Of a stretch of DNA of 64,000 nt, positions 63,846 to 64,000 are shown in pieces (positions within the stretch are counted from its first letter, which is position 1; each line of letters starts with the position of its first letter). A model generated the notes under the pieces. The model worked only from the letters and a program-made list of their open reading frames with translations, made no database searches and was not told the origin of the DNA. The stretch is taken from assembly GCA_964199315.1 (NCBI GenBank), contig OZ116707.1, forward strand, positions 5,208,001-5,272,000, written 5' to 3'. A program made the position numbers and the translations under genes. Origin of the DNA: Orbicella franksi. Taxonomy: Eukaryota.

Positions 63846-64000
63846 GATGGTAACAAATTAAAACTTATTTCCTACCTTTTGTTCCTGGTATGCGTAATGC
63901 CCAGTAGTGTACACTTCTTGTGCGCTTGTCCTGAGGAAACTTAACAAACAGAATAAAAATTAGAAATTTTGGCTGACCAAGGCCCCTTGGGGGAAGGGGG

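Noticed and set aside
1-64000. Many 60-140 aa ORFs in the supplied track
   Set aside because: Antisense or alternative-frame shadows of the TE genes listed, with no independent motifs.

Overview
This is eukaryotic, AT-rich DNA made almost entirely of nested transposable elements. It has GT-AG introns and no prokaryotic signals; a cnidarian/coral-like origin is an inference only. I found no clear host gene, rRNA, true tRNA or CRISPR array. From left to right: (1) a Helitron2/Helentron-like element with an OTU protease and a 2A-like motif, split by a 5'-truncated LINE; (2) a complete Gypsy element with 96-bp LTRs whose RT is interrupted by an apparently intact 4.4-kb CAC-ended transposon encoding a spliced RAG1/Transib-like transposase and a convergent unknown ~211-aa gene; (3) a MULE/SWIM transposase remnant, a Penelope-like fragment and a second Gypsy; (4) a 7.2-kb Sola3-like element with ~590-bp TIRs inserted at TTAA inside a kinase pseudogene; (5) L1, pogo-like/HIRAN, Crypton, BEL/Pao, Gypsy and DIRS remnants; (6) a Penelope-like element with an inverted pseudo-LTR and hammerhead ribozyme; (7) a kinase gene convergent with a P-element-like transposase containing NHL repeats and a SAP domain; (8) a second MULE and a ~173-bp tandem array. 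The best candidates for undescribed systems are the two-gene RAG1-like transposon, whose accessory-protein family occurs three times in the window, and the NHL/SAP P-like transposase plus kinase unit. All family calls come from motif recognition by eye, not database searches.
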